Under the pieces are notes generated by a model. The model had not been told where the DNA came from and did no database searches. It worked only from the letters and a program-made list of their open reading frames with translations. From positions 28,396,001 to 28,460,000 of the forward strand of contig OX597836.1 of assembly GCA_951406725.2 (NCBI GenBank): a DNA stretch of 64,000 nt, in the 5' to 3' direction. This stretch comes from Octopus vulgaris (lineage: Eukaryota). The position numbers and the translations under genes are program-made. Position 1 is the stretch's first letter. Each line of letters starts with the position of its first letter. Shown one piece after another: positions 11,350 to 24,046 of the stretch.

Positions 11350-11950
11350 CCTCAAGCATAGCATATCTCCACAGGTCTTTGGTGGTCACTGAGGAAACTA
11401 AGCATAGACAAATGGCTCGATAGGGCTGTATAAGCTGTGTACAAAGATGCAGTGGTGAGTTTAGTGTTAAATGTAGGAGTTCAAAGTTCAGTTCTCAGTT
11501 CGTTCCAATTCATCAAAGTCTGTCAAGCCATCAGAGATGAGTTTAAGACTGGTTGTCCATGGGAACTCCTACACGGTGATAATCTAGTTCTCATAGCTAA
11601 ATCTTTAAAGGAATTAGAGAGGAAATTCCACATAAAAGCACCCAGCACACTCTGTAAAGTGGTTGGCATTAGGAAGGGCATCCAGACATAGAAAACTATG
11701 CCAAATCAGATTGGAACCTGGTGCACTTCCCCAGCTTGCCAACTCTGATCGAACCATCCAACCCATGCCAGCATGGACAGCAGACATTAAATGATGGTGG
11801 TGATGATGAAAAGGAATCAGATGTAGTGTGTAAGGAAGGAAACAGCACTGATATGGATATGTGATGTGAATGGATGGGGTCCACTGTATAAAGAAGTGCT
11901 GATTACCAAATGTGGATGGAGATTGCAGAAGAGGGAGACCCAGGAGAACA
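11350..11950 (+). mobile_element. Degenerate RTE LINE RT fragment with an inserted LINE 3' tail (11630-11808)
   Basis: WWSLRKL...YKDAV...FKTGCPWELLHGDNLVLIA (degenerate YADD region). Confidence 0.75.
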
Positions 11951-12456
11951 TAAAACAATATGACAACAGAAATGATAAGAGACTTGGATGATTGACAATA
12001 CACAGTTCTTGAGAAGACTTGCCCAACTCAGTGAAGCCAAGTTCTGGAAGAACTCTGTGTGTGTGTGTGTATGTATTTGTATGCATGTAAGCTGGTACAT
12101 GTGCACAACTGGGCCCTTCATCCAATTTCTCCCTCAAGATAAATGCTACCAAAACAAGTGGAGTAAATTTTGAACCCCGCTTGTGTTCTTTTATCATGAT
12201 ACTTAATTGTTCCCTAACACCCTTTCTCTTCAAATATATATTGTATTATGGATGTTTAACAATTTATTTCCATACATAAAATCAGTTGTCTTGTTTTGCT
12301 TTTCTTTCTGTTTTTTTTTATAAACAATCTATCAGAAAATTTTGGGAAAATAAATTTTATGGACAGATTTTCAGGAATGCATCACTTCTGTAATGCAAGG
12401 GAATCCCCTGTGTTTGTGTGTGTGTGTATATATCTATATCTATCTATATATATATA

Positions 12457-12828
12457 TACTCTTTTACTTGTTTCAGTCATTTGAATGTGGCCATGCTGAA
12501 GCACCGCCTTCAGTCGAGCAGATCGGCCCCAGGACTTATTCTTTGTAAGCCTAGTACTTATTCTATCAGTCTCTTTTGCCGGGGACGTAAACACACCAGC
12601 ATCGGTTGTCAAGCGATGTTGGGGGGACAAACACGGACACACACACACATACATACATATATATATACGACGAACGTCTTTCAGTTTCCGTCTACCAAAT
12701 CCACTCACAAGGCTTTGGCCGGCCTGAGGCTATAGTAGAAGACACTTGCCCAAGGTGCCATGCAGTGGTACTGAGCCCGGAACGGTGTGGTTCGTAAGCA
12801 AGCTACTTACTACACAGCCACTCTTGCG
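12457..12828 (-). mobile_element. tRNA-derived SINE (family A)
   Basis: Head with A/B-box-like motifs, ACCTTGGGCAAGTGTC core, internal microsatellite, GAAACAAGTAAAAGAG tail. Confidence 0.85.
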
Positions 12829-13014
12829 TCTATATAGATATAAATTGTATGTAGTCGTTGGTTATAGCCGGTCAGAAAGTTACCTAGCGGTTCGGCAAAA
12901 ATAAACGATATAATAAGTATCATACTTTAAAAAACGAGTCCTGAGGTCAAGTTGTTCGACAAAACCTTTCAAAGCGGTGCTCCAGGATGACCGTAGATAA
13001 AAATGACTGAAGCA

Positions 13015-13054
<40 letters not shown>

Positions 13055-14059
13055 GGGCGCGGGCGGGAGGCGCAAGATTTACACATAATACATACATAAA
13101 CACAAAGCTAGGATGAAGAACTATGAAAGCTACAGTTTATAAAGGACAGTGTATTAAAATACTTATAATTTTCAACACACTATATAATTAACTAAAACAG
13201 TTAGCACCAATAGGGGTATACACACACATGTATATATAAATATATATATCAATAATAAAGGTATATATATATATATATATATATACACACGTGTGAAAAT
13301 ATTATGAGAAGCCTATACAACTCCTGCCCACAAACATTAAATATATATATATATATATGTAGTGCATGTGCTTGTTGGACCTCCGTTAGTTACTGGTAGA
13401 TTCGTTTTACAGGAGGGAACTAAGTCCCACACTGATCAACGACATATGACAGGTGCACGCAGTTTGTTTGCAAGGGGAAAACTAAAAACAATTAACAAGA
13501 TTTTATAAAAAGTATCACTGGCTACGACATTGAACCCGAAATATACTCACATGCATATATAAACGGCGATTAAAGAAACAACTGAATATATTATAAATTA
13601 TTATGTTTTAAACCGAGTTAATTACTACGACAAAAATTATACTTTCGGTGGGAACGACAAACATAAAATACGATCGTGGTCTAAAATAATTTAATACATT
13701 TAAGACATGTACATTATAAAATAAGGCGTATATGGCGGGATAAGAGTATATAGTCGGGATAAGAGTATATAGTCCATATGATTTTCCCCACTTCGGTGTT
13801 TAGTTTAAAAATATAAATGAAATTATTTAGGGTAGTATATGATTTGTTTAATACAAAAAGGTTTTCAGAATGTTTAGAAAAAGAATCCGGGAAAAGAATC
13901 GAAGTCAAAAATGACGGAACGGAAATCTTCATCCCAGCGCCATTTTCTAGATGTGAACAAAATGTTTTGAGGAGAACTTCATCGTAAGAATTCGCTGTGG
14001 AAGGCTTCAGAATAAATTTGCAACAATGTAAAAGCATTTATGAAAAATAGTAAAATCTT

Positions 14060-14245
14060 ACTTACAAATAAGAGAAATTCAGCTGAAAGCTTTATAGTGT
14101 AGAGTTGTATCAAAACATTCAATACTCTTACTGAACCGAACCGAAGCTATTTTCAATTTTTTTTCCAGCGACCATAATCTATCAGCGACGCATGCGCAGT
14201 GAGTCAGTCGCATGGCGTCTACATTGGATGTCATGACGAAATTGC
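14060..14245 (-). promoter_or_regulatory. Candidate promoter and non-coding first exon of the PRDM-like gene
   Basis: Locally CpG-rich; ACGCATGCGCA (NRF1-like), TGAGTCA (AP-1) and CATGGCG (YY1-like) cluster at ~14187-14220; minus-strand GTAAGTAAG donor at ~14065. Confidence 0.45.
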
Positions 14246-14759
14246 AGTTGAATTGATTTAAATTGTAATCTATTACTGTATTTAGTGTCTTTTTGCGTTG
14301 TTTTATTAGCTTTTTGTCTTTGTGTTATTCGTTCATTTACATATAAATTATATTTATACAGAGAGAGAAAGAGATTTGATATTAAATTTTATTCATTCTC
14401 TGTGTTATAATTTCAATATGTAATACCAATTTATTCATCCCATCTGCAACCCATGTGCATTTGGGATGGCTTTTCTATGTTAAACATCCAGCTTTAAAGC
14501 ATGTGAGATCTGCTTTTGTGGGGTCATGAAAATAATGTACCTTGTCTAACAACACAACACATTTACTGCTCTTGTAAGTTGGGTTTTGCCTGCAGTAATC
14601 CAGAAAACTTAATCTCTTTTATACATGTATATTGTGGAAGAATCTTACAAGTCATTAAAAATGACATATGTACTGCTTTATTAATTTTTTTCTTTCATTT
14701 TTATATTGTAATGCCACATGTCAATAACTAATATTTATGTTGAATAATGACCACAAGGA

Positions 14760-15050
14760 TACAATAGCAAGGCTGCAATGGGGTTCATATGAAGGGTTTC
14801 TGGAGTGATATTACTCAATGGGATGTAACTCAGAGATCAGAAAGTTGAAGGAAATAATCACAAGCCAAGCCACCCAGTAAGAGACATAGGGTTAGACCAA
14901 GAACAAGACGGCTGGATCATATCCAGAGTCCCAGTTGGTCACGCTTGGAAATCCAGTTGAAAAGTGTAATGACGGTAGCTTTAGATAAGACTATGGAGAA
15001 AGTGCAAAGGCCTCTATCCCCCATGACCCTTCCAGAAATAGAGGGCTGAG
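14760..15050 (+). mobile_element. Degenerate RTE-clade (Rex3/Expander-like) 3' remnant
   Basis: RHRVRPRTRRLDHIQSPSWSRLEI resembles the RTE C-terminal GRPRTRWxD motif. Confidence 0.45.
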
Positions 15051-15298
15051 AAGATGGACATATGTCATACATCAAAATATTTACTATCTGATTAGTGATA
15101 CTTCACTTATATGTATGTGGTGGTGCCACATAAAATTCATGTTATTGTCACCTAAAACCTGTGTTGGCGCCACATAAAAACACCTATGCTGGTGCCACGT
15201 AAAAAGCACCTGTACTGGTGCCACATTTAAAGCCCTCATACAGGTGCCATGTATGAAGTCCTGGTGCCAGTACCATCTAAAATCCCCTAGTACTAAAC

Positions 15299-15583
15299 CA
15301 GTGGTTCCCAAAATGGGTGGTACCACCCCTAGTGGGGCAGCGGAAATTTCCAAGGGGGTGTTGAAGAAAAGTGGGATGATAATGGAGTAGCCAAAAGGGG
15401 ACAATTGATGTAAAAATGACAAAATAATAGGCTAATTAGGTGACGTTTTATTTGTGAAATGCATTTGTTTTGAATTTGCTTCAAAAATAGGTGTATAATT
15501 GTGGTGGTAAGTTGGTGGGGGACGCTAGGAATGTAGCCTGGGTGCCAAGGGGGCAGCAGCCCCCAAAAGTTTGGGAACCGCTG
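15299..15583. mobile_element. hAT-type MITE inserted in a LINE-tail remnant
   Basis: CAGTGGTTCCCAAA / TTTGGGAACCGCTG TIRs; degenerate 8 bp TSD TACTAAAC/GTGTAAAC. Confidence 0.7.
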
Positions 15584-17242
15584 GTGTAAACCATCCAACT
15601 TATGCCAGCTTGGATATTAAATGATGATAATGATCTAAAAGGTAGGATAGTCCTGAAGCTATTCTACCTTAAAGATGCACACCCTATTACTTTTCTTAAT
15701 TACCCCTACCACTAATCCTTTCCTTTTCCACTGTTCTCTGCCACAATCCTTTCCACGGGTGTGTCTACTGTCTTACTTTCTCCACTACATAAATCCCTAT
15801 CATTATATAAATCTGTTCCTTTTTATTCTCCTTCTTCACCTTGCCTAGTATCATCACACTGTCTCTCTTTGGTTCTCCATCAGTTATTGGGTCCAGTTGA
15901 GGGATATCATGTGTGTGTTTGTTGGCTGGTCTGAGGTGATGAGTGGTTGAGTTGAGTAACGAAAACCTGTTCCTTGGGCAGCTTGAAGTAGTAACTCACA
16001 ACACTTATGAACAATTAACAGAAGATTCTATTGTTGCACATAGGCTCAAGCTGTGTTGGTCTTTTGCAAATAACAACAGCAATAATTATGGGGAGAAACT
16101 GCTTGGAGTTCACAGCAAGCAACATTTGGCTGACCCAACATCAGTGAAAACAATTGTGCTATATTCGTAGTGAGGGAAATTCCTATCATCCATCTGCTCT
16201 CTGTCTTAACTGTTTTCCTGGGTCATCTGGCTGTGGCAAGAATAGAGGCACGTACTGCTCAGTTGCCTCAACATTCTGAAATTACAGCCAAAAGTGACCT
16301 TTTTATAGAACACAGGGAGAAGATTGAACCATGCGATGGTTTACACCAGGAGTTGGGGCACTTTTTTAACCAATTACCCCAAAATTTATTTATTTACACC
16401 AACATTAGCCCCCTTTGATTTAAAAGGAAGAAAACCATAGATTCTTTGAATTCAACAAGTTTATTGATCCTACTTGTATGGAGAATACAGTTATAAATAT
16501 AAAAAGTATAAAACAAATGCAATAAAATATATTAATATCCTCATTATGAAACAAAAGGATTTTTCTAGAAACTTTTCCACTTCAGGTTTCGGAGAAATGA
16601 TGTTTCATTTTTTTTACAATTACATCAAAATTGGGGCAATTTAGTGCTAGAGCAATTTGGATACAGTCTTTGGGGTCTGATCAATTTGGTTAAAAGGCTG
16701 AATGGAATAACTACTTAAATCTACTTAAACAAAGCAAAAACGCATGTGTCAAAAAATAAGGTTAAGGCAGGTAATAGACTGACAAATAACATCTATTTAG
16801 TCACTTGACAACACCTTAACAATTACATTGTTTGTAGTTCAAAATGACAAGATGTCTCCCAAACATGTCCATTACATTAAACAGATGCAGTGTTGTTGCC
16901 AAAAGAAAAATTTCTGTCATAACAAGGAACACGTTTTTCATATAATTTTACTTATGTCTAATAAGTCCTCATTATCCAAAAGAATTTCATTTTTACCCCA
17001 CTCGGGGTAATTTACACTGATTGGTTGCTTAATAGACCGATCACATCAAACTATTGTGGTTTAGTTGTGATGTATGACCGGTTACCTAGAGGTTTGGTTT
17101 CAAATCATCATGATGGGCACTTGGACTTACAAGTTTCGAGGCAATCTTCACTACTGCTGGTGCCACAGGTAAAAAAAAAAAAAGGCATCCCAGATGCCTG
17201 GCACCTTGCTGTACTCAAGAAGTCTCATATTCCACACCAGAA

Positions 17243-17705
17243 GTACTTGGCATTTGTTGACCTGGAGAAAGCATTTGACAGAGAGATATGGTGGTCCCTG
17301 AGAAAACCAGAATAGACAAATGGCAACTGAAAGTCATACAGGCCATGTGCAAGGATGCTGTCAGGAAGGTGAGAGTTAGCTGCGAGTACAGCAGTGAATT
17401 TAGAGTATAGGAAGGCATTCACTAGGGCTCAGTTCTCAGTCCCTCTGGTGGTGTAAAATACTTGTGTCAGTGCCATGTAAAAGCTCCCATGTGGTGTCAC
17501 ATAAAAGCAACTATGTGACACCATGTAAAAGCACCCATGCGGTGCCACAAAAAAGCATCCAGCCACACCTTGTAAAGTGGTTGGCATTAAGAAGGGCATC
17601 TAGCCATAGAAACTATGCCAAATCAGACTGGAGTCTGGTGAAGCTCCCCACTGCAGGCCAGCTCTGGTCACACCGTTCAACACATGCCAGCACGGACAAT
17701 GGATA
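17243..17705 (+). mobile_element. RTE RT fragment (near-identical to 18844-19043) followed by LINE tail remnant
   Basis: YLAFVDLEKAFDR...IWWSLRK RT motif; tail with AAGGGCATCTAGCC. Confidence 0.75.
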
Positions 17706-17977
17706 TATGTCCATCTAAGTGTGTGTCTCAGTCGCCAACCACTGCTTGACAACTAGTGTTAGCGCACTTATATCCCTGGAACTTAGCAGTTCAGCAAAAG
17801 AGATCAGTAAAATAAAGTAGTAGGCTTTAAAAAAATAAGTCCTGGGATCGATTTGTTCCACTAAAAAATCTTCAAGACAGTGCTCCAGCATGGCCACAGT
17901 CAAATGACTGAAACAAACAAAAGAAAAAAGATAACTAAACACATACACATATATATTTAGCTGTAAAGCTAAATATA

Positions 17978-18209
17978 TATTTCTTTACTGCCCACAAGGG
18001 GCTAAACATAGAGGGGACAACCAAGGACAGACAAAGGGAGTAAGTCGATTACATCGAACCCAGTGTGAAGCTGGTACTTTATTTATCGACCCCGAAAGGA
18101 AGAAAGGCAAAGTCGACCTTGGCAGAATTTGAACTCAGAACGTAACGACAGATGAAATACCGCTAAGCATTTCGCCCGGCGTGCTAATGTTTCTGCCAGC
18201 TTGCCACCT
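17978..18209 (-). mobile_element. tRNA-derived SINE (family B)
   Basis: Family sequence; flanking direct repeat ATTTAGCTGTAAAGCTAAATATA. Confidence 0.85.
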
Positions 18210-19374
18210 TCAGAGCTGGTAGAAATTTAGCTGTAAAGCTAAATATAGATTTAATGTGTAAGAGTTTCATACATTCATATGTGTAACACATATGAGTGTC
18301 TTGAATCTGGAATCACTTATATAGCTTTACAGTTAAATAGACAGATATGTTTATCAATCTTGAATAGTGACTTCTATTTCTTATTTAGTACCACCAAACC
18401 ATATGCATCTATATCTATATTTGTATACATGTATAGCAGTATGATAGATAAGACAAGTAAGAATATGAAGACAGGAATAAACCCTTGGCCTATCAGGAAT
18501 TGTCACTGAGAGGCTTTAGAATATCTGGTGGAGTAGGATCTAGTCTAGTCACTTATATAGTTAATCAGATTGTGCATGAAGGTGTCATACCCAATGACTG
18601 GTGTAGCAGCATTATAGTCAACCGCTACCAGGGTAAAGAAGATACTTTAAATAGAAATCATTAGAGAGGTACCAAATTGCTGGACCAGGTCATGAAAGTC
18701 ACAAAGAGAGAGTGTTATAGCCCAATTAATTAGAAACAGAGTTAGACTAGATGAGATGCAGTTTGGTTTTGTGCCAGGGAGAAGTACTACTAATGTTATC
18801 TTCTTAAACAATTACAGAAGTATTTAGCTAAAAGTAAACCATTGTACTTGGCATTTGTTGACCTGGAGAAAGCATTTGACAGAGGGATATGGTGGTCCCT
18901 GAGAAAGCCAGAATAGACAAATGGCAACTGAAAGTCATACAGGCCATGTGCAAGGATGCTGTCAGTAAGGTGAGAGTTAGCTGTGAGTACAGCAGTGAAT
19001 TCAGAGTATAGGAAGGCACTCACTAGGGCTCAGTTCTCAGTCCTCTCCTATTAATCATAGATTCCAGGCCATAACAAAGGACTTTAAGACTGGCTGCTCT
19101 AAGGAACTACGGTATGGTGATGACCTTATTCTCATAGCAAAATGAGTAGTAGAATTAGAAAAGGAATTCCAAGCATGGAAGCAAAACCTAGAATCAAAGG
19201 GACTTAAAGTTAACTTTGCAAAGTCCAATGCTCAAGAAAACAGGAAAACTACCCTCATGTAAATGGCCCTGTTCAATATGTAGGAAAGAAGTACACAGGA
19301 ATTCCATTTGGTGTATCCAGTGCAAACTCTTGACACACAGGAGGTGCAGTGGAATCACAGGAAGGTTAACTTAA

Positions 19375-19884
19375 CCCATTGCCTGCCATGAGCCCTATTT
19401 GGGGATCTACAAAAAACAGTCTCACTGCCAATTGTTCGTTGTATTTTTTAGTGAATTGCTTATATATATTGCATTTGCAGGTGTGTTTCACAATATTCAG
19501 TAGTTAAAGTTTGTCATTATTAGCTCTGGCCAATTCTAGAGGACATTCTATGTCATAAATTGGAATCTTTGAACTACAAAAATATTGACTGTTTTGAAAA
19601 CGTTTTTTTCTTTATGCATTTCCCATCTCTATTATTCATTGATATTTCATACACATTAGCATTTGATATTATAGTTTTAAAAAAAAACTAAAATGTTTAT
19701 TATTGCAATTGAATAAAAAAGAATATACTTTTTTTCAGTGATCTCCATTTGGGACTTTTCGGAAGATTTATAATTTCCAAAATAATTCACATATGAAGAA
19801 AATTTAAATACTATATATTATTTTAACTTCTAAGACACCTGGCAAAGCCAAAAAATATGAATAAAAAAATTGTCAGTTAATGAG
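19375..19884. mobile_element. piggyBac-type non-autonomous element (old)
   Basis: TTAA on both sides, imperfect TIRs CCCATTGCCTGCCA / TGTCAGTTAATGAG; LINE sequence resumes after it. Confidence 0.6.
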
Positions 19885-19936
19885 TTAAGAAAGTAGTTTT
19901 TCTATGTGAAATACATACCAGAGAAATAGACATTAA

Positions 19937-20164
19937 CCCTTTTGTTACCAACCTGGCTGAAACCGGATCTGGCTCTGAGTACAAATGTCTTGTTTTCATA
20001 AGTTTTTAATTAAAATCTTCCACCAAACTTTAGTCACAATTTATGTTCCTAACACTAGCTATTTTTATTAAATAACAGCTAGTTATTTTATTAAATTTTT
20101 TGTTATATTTAAAGTAATTGAAAGAAACACAGAGCATCTCAACAGAAATACAGTAACGAAAGGG
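19937..20164. mobile_element. piggyBac-type MITE
   Basis: TTAA|CCCTTTTGTTAC ... GTAACGAAAGGG|TTAA; LINE resumes after it. Confidence 0.8.
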
Positions 20165-20524
20165 TTAAAGTCACAGAAGAAATAGAGTTTTTCAAATATT
20201 CTGGAGGCTTCCTAGAGGTAGCAGAGTTTCAGTTATCTAGGTGACCTAATTAGCAGTGGATGAAGATGTTATCAAAGTAAACCTTTTTTTTTTTTTGAGG
20301 ACATTTCTTTCAAGAGTTCTAACTTTTTCCGACCTCTTATTTACCTTACTTTCCAGATAAATAATTCCTTACAAAACCTTTTGTCCAAATTTTAAGCCCG
20401 AAAAATTAGGGGGCTCCTTATACACGTTAAAATACGGTATATCTCAGTGAGTTGGAAGGATGAGTTACAAGCAAAATTAGAAGAAAGACAGAAGAGTTAT
20501 TTCCCCTGGACTTGTAATAAAGAC

Positions 20525-21220
20525 AAGGACGGCAAACAAAGTCGATCTCGGCGGAATTTGAACTCAGAACATGAAGACAACCACAATGCCGCTAAGCATT
20601 TTGTTCGGCGCGCTAACGATTCTGCCAGCTCGCTGCCTTTCGTAATAATCCTTTTTACTAAAGCGGTGAGCTGGCAGAGACATTAACACGCCGGGAGAAA
20701 TGCTTAGCGGTATTTCGTCTGCCGTTACGTTCTGAGTTCAAATTCCGCCGAGATCGACTTTGCCTTTCATCCTTTCGGGGTCGATTAAATAAGTACCAGT
20801 TACGCAATGGGGTCGATCTAATCGACTTAATCCGTTTGTTTGTCCTTGTTCGTCCTCTCTGTGTTTAGCCCCTTGTGGGTAGTAAAGAAATAGGTATTTT
20901 GTCTGCCGCTACGTTCTGAGTTCAAATTCCGCCGAGATCGACTTTGCCTTTCATCCTTTCGGGGTCGATTAAATAAGTACTAGTTACGCACTGGGGTCGA
21001 TATAATCGACTTAATCCGTTTGTCTGTCCTTGTTTATCCCCTCGTGGGTAGTAAAGAAATAGATATTTCGTCTGCCGTTACGTTCGGAGTTCAAATTCCG
21101 CTGAGGTCGACTTTGCCTTTCATCCTTTTGGGGTCGATCTAATCGACTGACCCCTCCCAGAAAATTTCGGGTCTTGTGCCTAGAGTAGAAAAGAATAGTC
21201 CTTTCTACTATGGGCACAAG
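20525..21220. mobile_element. SINE-B cluster: inverted head plus three tandem forward units
   Basis: Minus-strand head 20525-20638; forward units start at ~20663, ~20893 and ~21063. Confidence 0.8.
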
Positions 21221-21556
21221 TTCGAAGTTTATTGGAGTCACACCTCATTGAATTTATGTGAAGCTATGAATTCAAAGATAAAACATTCCAAAAATTGTCG
21301 GAACATATTCGTTGCAAATATCCTTACAATTGAAGCAATTTACAAATTACTGTTTTGAATGTTGTTCTATGAAAAGATAAAAATTGGCATCAAATTGTCT
21401 ATTCATAACATACAATAATATATGTTCAAGTCTTTTCATATCAGATAATAAAAAAAGTTATAAGCAATTTAGGTTAATGCTTACTTAAACACCCAGCCAC
21501 CAAAACAAAACAAAAAAGTGTAATAGGTGTAAAAAAAAATGCATATTAAATTAATA

Positions 21557-22003
21557 TCATCATCATCATTATCGTTTAACGTCCTCTCTCCATGCTAGCA
21601 TGGGTTGGATGATTTGACTGAGGACTGGCGAACCAGATGGCTGCACCAGGCTTCAATCTGATCTGGCAGAGTTTCTACAGCTGGATGCCCCTCCTAATGC
21701 CAACCACACAGAGTGTAGAGGGTGCTTTTATGTGCCACTGGCATGAGGGCCAGTCAGGCGGTACTGGCAACAGCTACGCTCAAATGGTGTTTTTTATGTG
21801 CCACCTGCACAGGAGCCAGTCTAGCGACACTGGCAATGCCCTTGCTCAGATGTTTTTTCACGTGCCACCGACACAAATGCTAGTACGGCGACGCTGGTAG
21901 CGATCATGCTTGAATGGTGCTTTTTACGTGTCACTGGCACGGAACCCAGTTAGCTGCTCTGGCAACAATCATGCTCGGATGGTGCTCTTAGCACTCCACT
22001 AGC
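21557..22003 (-). mobile_element. RTE LINE 3'-end fragment with 4-5 internal ~65 bp units
   Basis: (ATC)n tail, family core, tandem GGTGCTTTTTACGTG-headed units. Confidence 0.8.
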
Positions 22004-22216
22004 CAGAGAACAAGAATTTGCACCAACGAACTAATTATAAAGAAATTTGTGGGGAAAAATTTTTTCTGATGGGGTAGGAAGAGGACTTTCAAAGAGAAAG
22101 AAATTCATAAATTATTTTTCGTTTGAGTATAATGGAAAAAAGTTTGACAATAAAATTTTTGGATTCATTTATTTTTCATTTGAGTAATAGAAAAAGGTTT
22201 AACAAAAAAATCCCAT

Positions 22217-22615
22217 GTGGCCGTGTGGTAAGTAGCTTGCTTACCAACCACATGGTTCTGGGTTCAGTCCCACTGCATGGCATCTTGGGCAAGTGTCTTC
22301 CACTATAGCCTCAGGCCGACCAAAGCCTTGTGAGTGGATTTGGTAGACGGAAACTGAAAGAAGCCCGTCGTATATATGTGTATATACGTGTGTGCGTGTG
22401 TATGTTTGTGTGTCTGTGTTTGTCCCCCTAGCATTGCTTGACAACCAATGCTGGTGTGTTTATGTCCCGGTCACTTAGCGGTTTGGCAAAAAGAGACCGA
22501 TAGAATAAATACTAGGCTTACAAAGAATAAGTCCCGGGGTCGATTTGCTCGACTAAAGGCAGTACTCCAGCATGGCTGCAGTCAAATGACTGAAACAAAT
22601 AAAAGAGTAAAGAGT
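22217..22615 (+). mobile_element. tRNA-derived SINE (family A)
   Basis: TGGCCGTGTGG A-box-like and GGTTCAGTCC B-box-like head, full body and tail. Confidence 0.85.
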
Positions 22616-23019
22616 ATCATGGTGAGAGAAACAAATTCATAAATGCAGTGTTGAGTATGGTTTCACTATGGAAAAAAAGTTATGGGCAATTTAGCTGTTG
22701 TTTTTAGCACATCTCATGACTATCAAATACGTTCCTTATTTGTTTAATATTTTCTCTCCATAAACACATTTGAGTAATGGAAAAAGGTTTACGAAAAAAA
22801 AATGTGGTATATGCCTCCCCACCCCACCCCGGAACTTTGTTGCCCCATAACTTTCAACAAAATATATTTCATTAACGAAAATGAAAAAAAAATTTTTACA
22901 CATTTGTCTCACAAAAAAATTACACTTACACCCTTGAATTTGTTTGAGTGTGGTTAAATTGTGCTTGAATAGCCAATAGGATTGCTCGGTCTGGTTGACT
23001 CCTGAAACGATTTACTTGC

Positions 23020-23350
23020 TACAACAGCATGGCTCTCTGCAACTCTTGAAAAATGTCAGTCTATATCAAGGTATTCTGCGATTCCACGCAAATGATCGAC
23101 CTGCAATTCCCCGTGTCTTTCACATGACAGGACAAACATGGTGAGACGTCGGCAGTCTGGAAAGGAATGTGGATACTCCATGTCTACATTTCAGAACACC
23201 TTTCTGGAACACATCTACCTTCTGACTTGGAAGGTTTGGCTTTTTGTAAACCACCTCCTCGGGGCAGCTTGGTTGCACAAATCATTAAGGGAAAACCTAG
23301 GATTCTGCCATGAAACCTCCGTAGACTGGCGGTCTTTCTGCTTAGAGGTC
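23020..23350 (+). pseudogene. Merlin/IS1595-type transposase remnant (N-terminal half)
   Basis: ECGYSMSTFQNTFLE...LGFCHETSVDWRSFCLEV parallels SIRTKTFLE...TAIQWYEYCREI of the open ORF at 25379-26245. Confidence 0.65.
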
Positions 23351-24046
23351 AGCAAAGGTAAAGGAGGCAAACACCACCCATTTTCGGATATTTATCTTCT
23401 TGATACAAGAGAATACGATTTTGACCAAAAAACATTTTCAAAATTTTAATACCCCCCACCCCAATTTCTTAATTTTTAACTTTTTTCTAATTTTTTTTTA
23501 ACCCATATAGAAAAATACAGAGATTATGAATCTGGGAAAATTTTTTTTTAAACTTTTAATTTTTCTTTAAGAAACACTAAATTTCCCTTCCACCCCCACC
23601 CCACCCCTGTTTTCAAAAAATAAAGACTCAGAATGTATCTCCACTTTATAGGCATGGCTGTGTGGTTGAGAAGCTTCAATTCCAACCATGTCACCTTGGG
23701 TTCAGTCCTACTGTGCAGCACATTGGGCTATTCTCTTTCATTACAGCTGCATGTCGATCAAAGCCTTGTGTGTTATATAATTACCATTACATATATTGAT
23801 ATATAAAATAACACATACAACTCACTTTTTATCATCATATAATAAACAAACAAAAGTTCATGTTACTTCAATTATTACATGTTTTCTCTTATAAAACATA
23901 CACATACAGGAGGAGTAAATCTACATATATAATAACACTTTGAATGTAGCTCCCGAGAAAGAGTAAAAGTAATTACCTGATCAACGATGGGCATTACTGC
24001 TAGTTATCTATATAACTGATAGCAAATTTTGTATGAAATTATATTA

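Larger units (their letters stand above)
18480..20275 (+). mobile_element. Degenerate RTE LINE reverse transcriptase, interrupted by two TTAA-flanked insertions
   Basis: EGVIPNDWCSSII, QFGFVPGRST, FVDLEKAFDR, YGDDLILIA, GLKVNFAKS motifs with stops and frameshifts; collinear with the copy at 27710-28470. Confidence 0.88.

Noticed and set aside
15880-16330. Possible mariner transposase remnant
   Set aside because: Only weak resemblance (VELSNENL..TYEQLTE); no TIRs or catalytic motifs could be confirmed by eye.
21720-22000. CRISPR-like repeat-spacer pattern in LINE tails
   Set aside because: The spacers are homologous to each other; these are tandem units in an RTE 3' UTR.
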